Below, one piece after another: positions 62,734 to 64,000 of a stretch of DNA of 64,000 bases. Under the pieces are notes generated by a model. It saw nothing but the letters and a program-made list of their open reading frames with translations, searched no databases and was not told the DNA's origin. How positions within the stretch are numbered: position 1 is the first letter of the stretch; every line of letters begins with the position of its first letter. This DNA is from Bacteroidales bacterium (GTDB lineage: Bacteria > Bacteroidota > Bacteroidia > Bacteroidales > VadinHA17). A program made the position numbers and the translations under genes. The stretch lies in assembly GCA_034003345.1 (NCBI GenBank), contig JAVEYS010000003.1, positions 4,789 to 68,788 of the forward strand, written 5' to 3'.

Positions 62734-64000
62734 TCATTTCTTATCATATAGTCTCATCAACACCTTCTCAGGGGTCAGTGGTGCATCATAGTCAGGTTCC
62801 CATGATGGATTGAATGATCTGATGGCATTGTGCAGTGCGAACCAGGCTCCTATGCCGTACATGAACGGAGGTTCGCCTATGGCTTTTGATCTGAGCAGGG
62901 CAAATCCCGGTCCTTCTGTCTCCAGAGCCCTGAATTCCAACACCTCGGGTGCAGAGTAAATATCAGGCACCTTGTATGTTGAGAGGCTGTCAGTAAGCAT
63001 CTTCCCTTCACTGTTGAAGATCACCTCTTCCATAGTCATCCATCCTATCCCTTGCATGACTCCGCCTTCTAGCTGTCCCCTGTCAATGTCAGGATTCATA
63101 CAGTTGCCAAAATCGTGCACGATAAGAACCTTTTCTATCTTATAAATGCCTCTCAGGCAATCGAGCATGACGGTAACGATCGCAGTTCCGTATACATGGT
63201 AGGCGAAGGGATGACCTTTCTCCTTCGCTTTGTCGAAGAAGATAACAGGGGTGGCATAGTGGCCGTTCTCCGTCAGTGCTATTCTCCTCAGGAAGGCCTC
63301 GCGAATGAGATTCTCCCATGAAATGTCAGTAGGCTCTCCGTTTAGGCATACCATCTCACTTCGCAGGGTGATCTCATGGGTGCTGCAGCCGAGCATCTCT
63401 CCAGCCGTTTCTTTCAGCCTGTCAAGCAGCCGGTTGCATGCAATCAGCAGGGCATTGCCGTTCAGGTCAGCGCCGGAGCTGGCAGCTGTGGGAGAGGTGT
63501 TGGCTACGCGGGTTGTGTTGGTGGTCTCGATCTTTACGCGGGCAGGGTCTATGGCAAATACCCCGGCGGCAACCTGTGCCAGCTTGATGTTCACTCCCTG
63601 GCCCATCTCTACCGCACCCGTGCTGATACCTATGCTGCCGTCCTGGTAGATATGCACCAGTGCCCGTGCGTGGTTCATGGATGTGTTGGTGAATGAGATA
63701 CCGAACCCTACTGGCATCAGGGCCATCCCTTTCCGGTAGATAGTATTACGGTTGTTAAATTCAGCTATCTCCTTCTCGATACTGTTTATGTCAAACTCCC
63801 TGTCGAGTGCGGCAAAGCATTTGCCTATGTTGACGTCGAGGGCTACCTGACCGTACTGGAAGAGATCATTCTCCTTCAGGAAGTTCGCCTGCTGGATAAC
63901 ACGGGCGGGCACACCCATCTCACCGGCGGCCTTTGATATGGCTGCTTCTATCACGAACATTCCCTGCGGAGCGCCGAAGCCCCTGAAGGCTGTGTTCGGC
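62734..64000 (-). CDS. xanthine dehydrogenase-family molybdopterin-binding subunit, C-terminal part (5' end outside the window)
   Basis: The frame is open to the window edge. Upstream of the listed Met it reads ...PNTAFRGFGAPQGMFVIE, the XDH TAFRGFGxPQG motif. The stop lies 3 nt before the ygfK start. Confidence 0.85.
   Translation of the reverse strand, partial: PNTAFRGFGAPQGMFVIEAAISKAAGEMGVPARVIQQANFLKENDLFQYGQVALDVNIGKCFAALDREFDINSIEKEIAEFNNRNTIYRKGMALMPVGFGISFTNTSMNHARALVHIYQDGSIGISTGAVEMGQGVNIKLAQVAAGVFAIDPARVKIETTNTTRVANTSPTAASSGADLNGNALLIACNRLLDRLKETAGEMLGCSTHEITLRSEMVCLNGEPTDISWENLIREAFLRRIALTENGHYATPVIFFDKAKEKGHPFAYHVYGTAIVTVMLDCLRGIYKIEKVLIVHDFGNCMNPDIDRGQLEGGVMQGIGWMTMEEVIFNSEGKMLTDSLSTYKVPDIYSAPEVLEFRALETEGPGFALLRSKAIGEPPFMYGIGAWFALHNAIRSFNPSWEPDYDAPLTPEKVLMRLYDKK

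Noticed and set aside
52788-64000. Selenocysteine recoding (in-frame TGA) in the purine-type cluster.
   Set aside because: All six ORFs are continuous. There are no adjacent same-frame ORF pairs split by TGA, and the intergenic gaps are too short to hide one.

Overview
The window looks like a Bacteroidota chromosomal segment. This rests on repeated exact TAnnTTTG -7 promoter boxes, many lipoprotein or signal-peptide proteins, a TonB-dependent receptor with an N-terminal carboxypeptidase-regulatory-like domain, an SDR-type threonine dehydrogenase and GlnRS. Most of it is ordinary housekeeping.

Gene content in order:
- 1-5.7 kb: a minus-strand branched-chain amino-acid operon (ilvD-ilvB-ilvN-ilvC-leuA'), preceded by an unlisted Ile/Leu-rich leader peptide and an attenuator-type terminator.
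- Divergent kbl / tdh (threonine to glycine).
- An overlapping gltX-tatD-tcdA operon.
- A serine hydrolase.
- A small Cys/His-rich protein, TonB-dependent receptor and HMA protein module.
- Dodecin and mscL.
- An M48 protease-hflK-hflC operon.
- A DUF4382-like lipoprotein, a class A PBP, acylphosphatase and a GH3 beta-glucosidase.
- glnS with tRNA-Gln(CTG) just downstream, then folB.
- A membrane protein plus wHTH regulator pair.
- A Tat-signal dipeptide-epimerase-like enzyme and a stomatin-like SPFH protein.
- 45-53 kb: PepX, an S41 peptidase, a DAACS symporter and an APC permease.

Two regions are not ordinary:
1. 34.5-45.2 kb. A scarred tRNA-Cys locus holds a promoter, an insertion-bearing tRNA-Cys-like pseudogene, an intact tRNA-Cys, a 109/110-bp tandem repeat of terminator-like hairpins and a truncated serpin gene. 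It is followed by a tight three-gene operon that I cannot assign to a characterised family: a 564-aa beta-barrel-like outer-membrane protein, a 1965-aa secreted giant protein and a 666-aa protein of six FN3-like modules.
2. 52.8-64.0 kb. A minus-strand ygfK/ssnA/xanthine-dehydrogenase-type operon of the anaerobic purine or urate catabolism type. It carries two fold-type-II PLP enzymes where enterobacterial clusters have other genes.

I saw no CRISPR array, transposase, integrase, rRNA or recognisable defence system. All family assignments come from reading motifs by eye. No database search was run.
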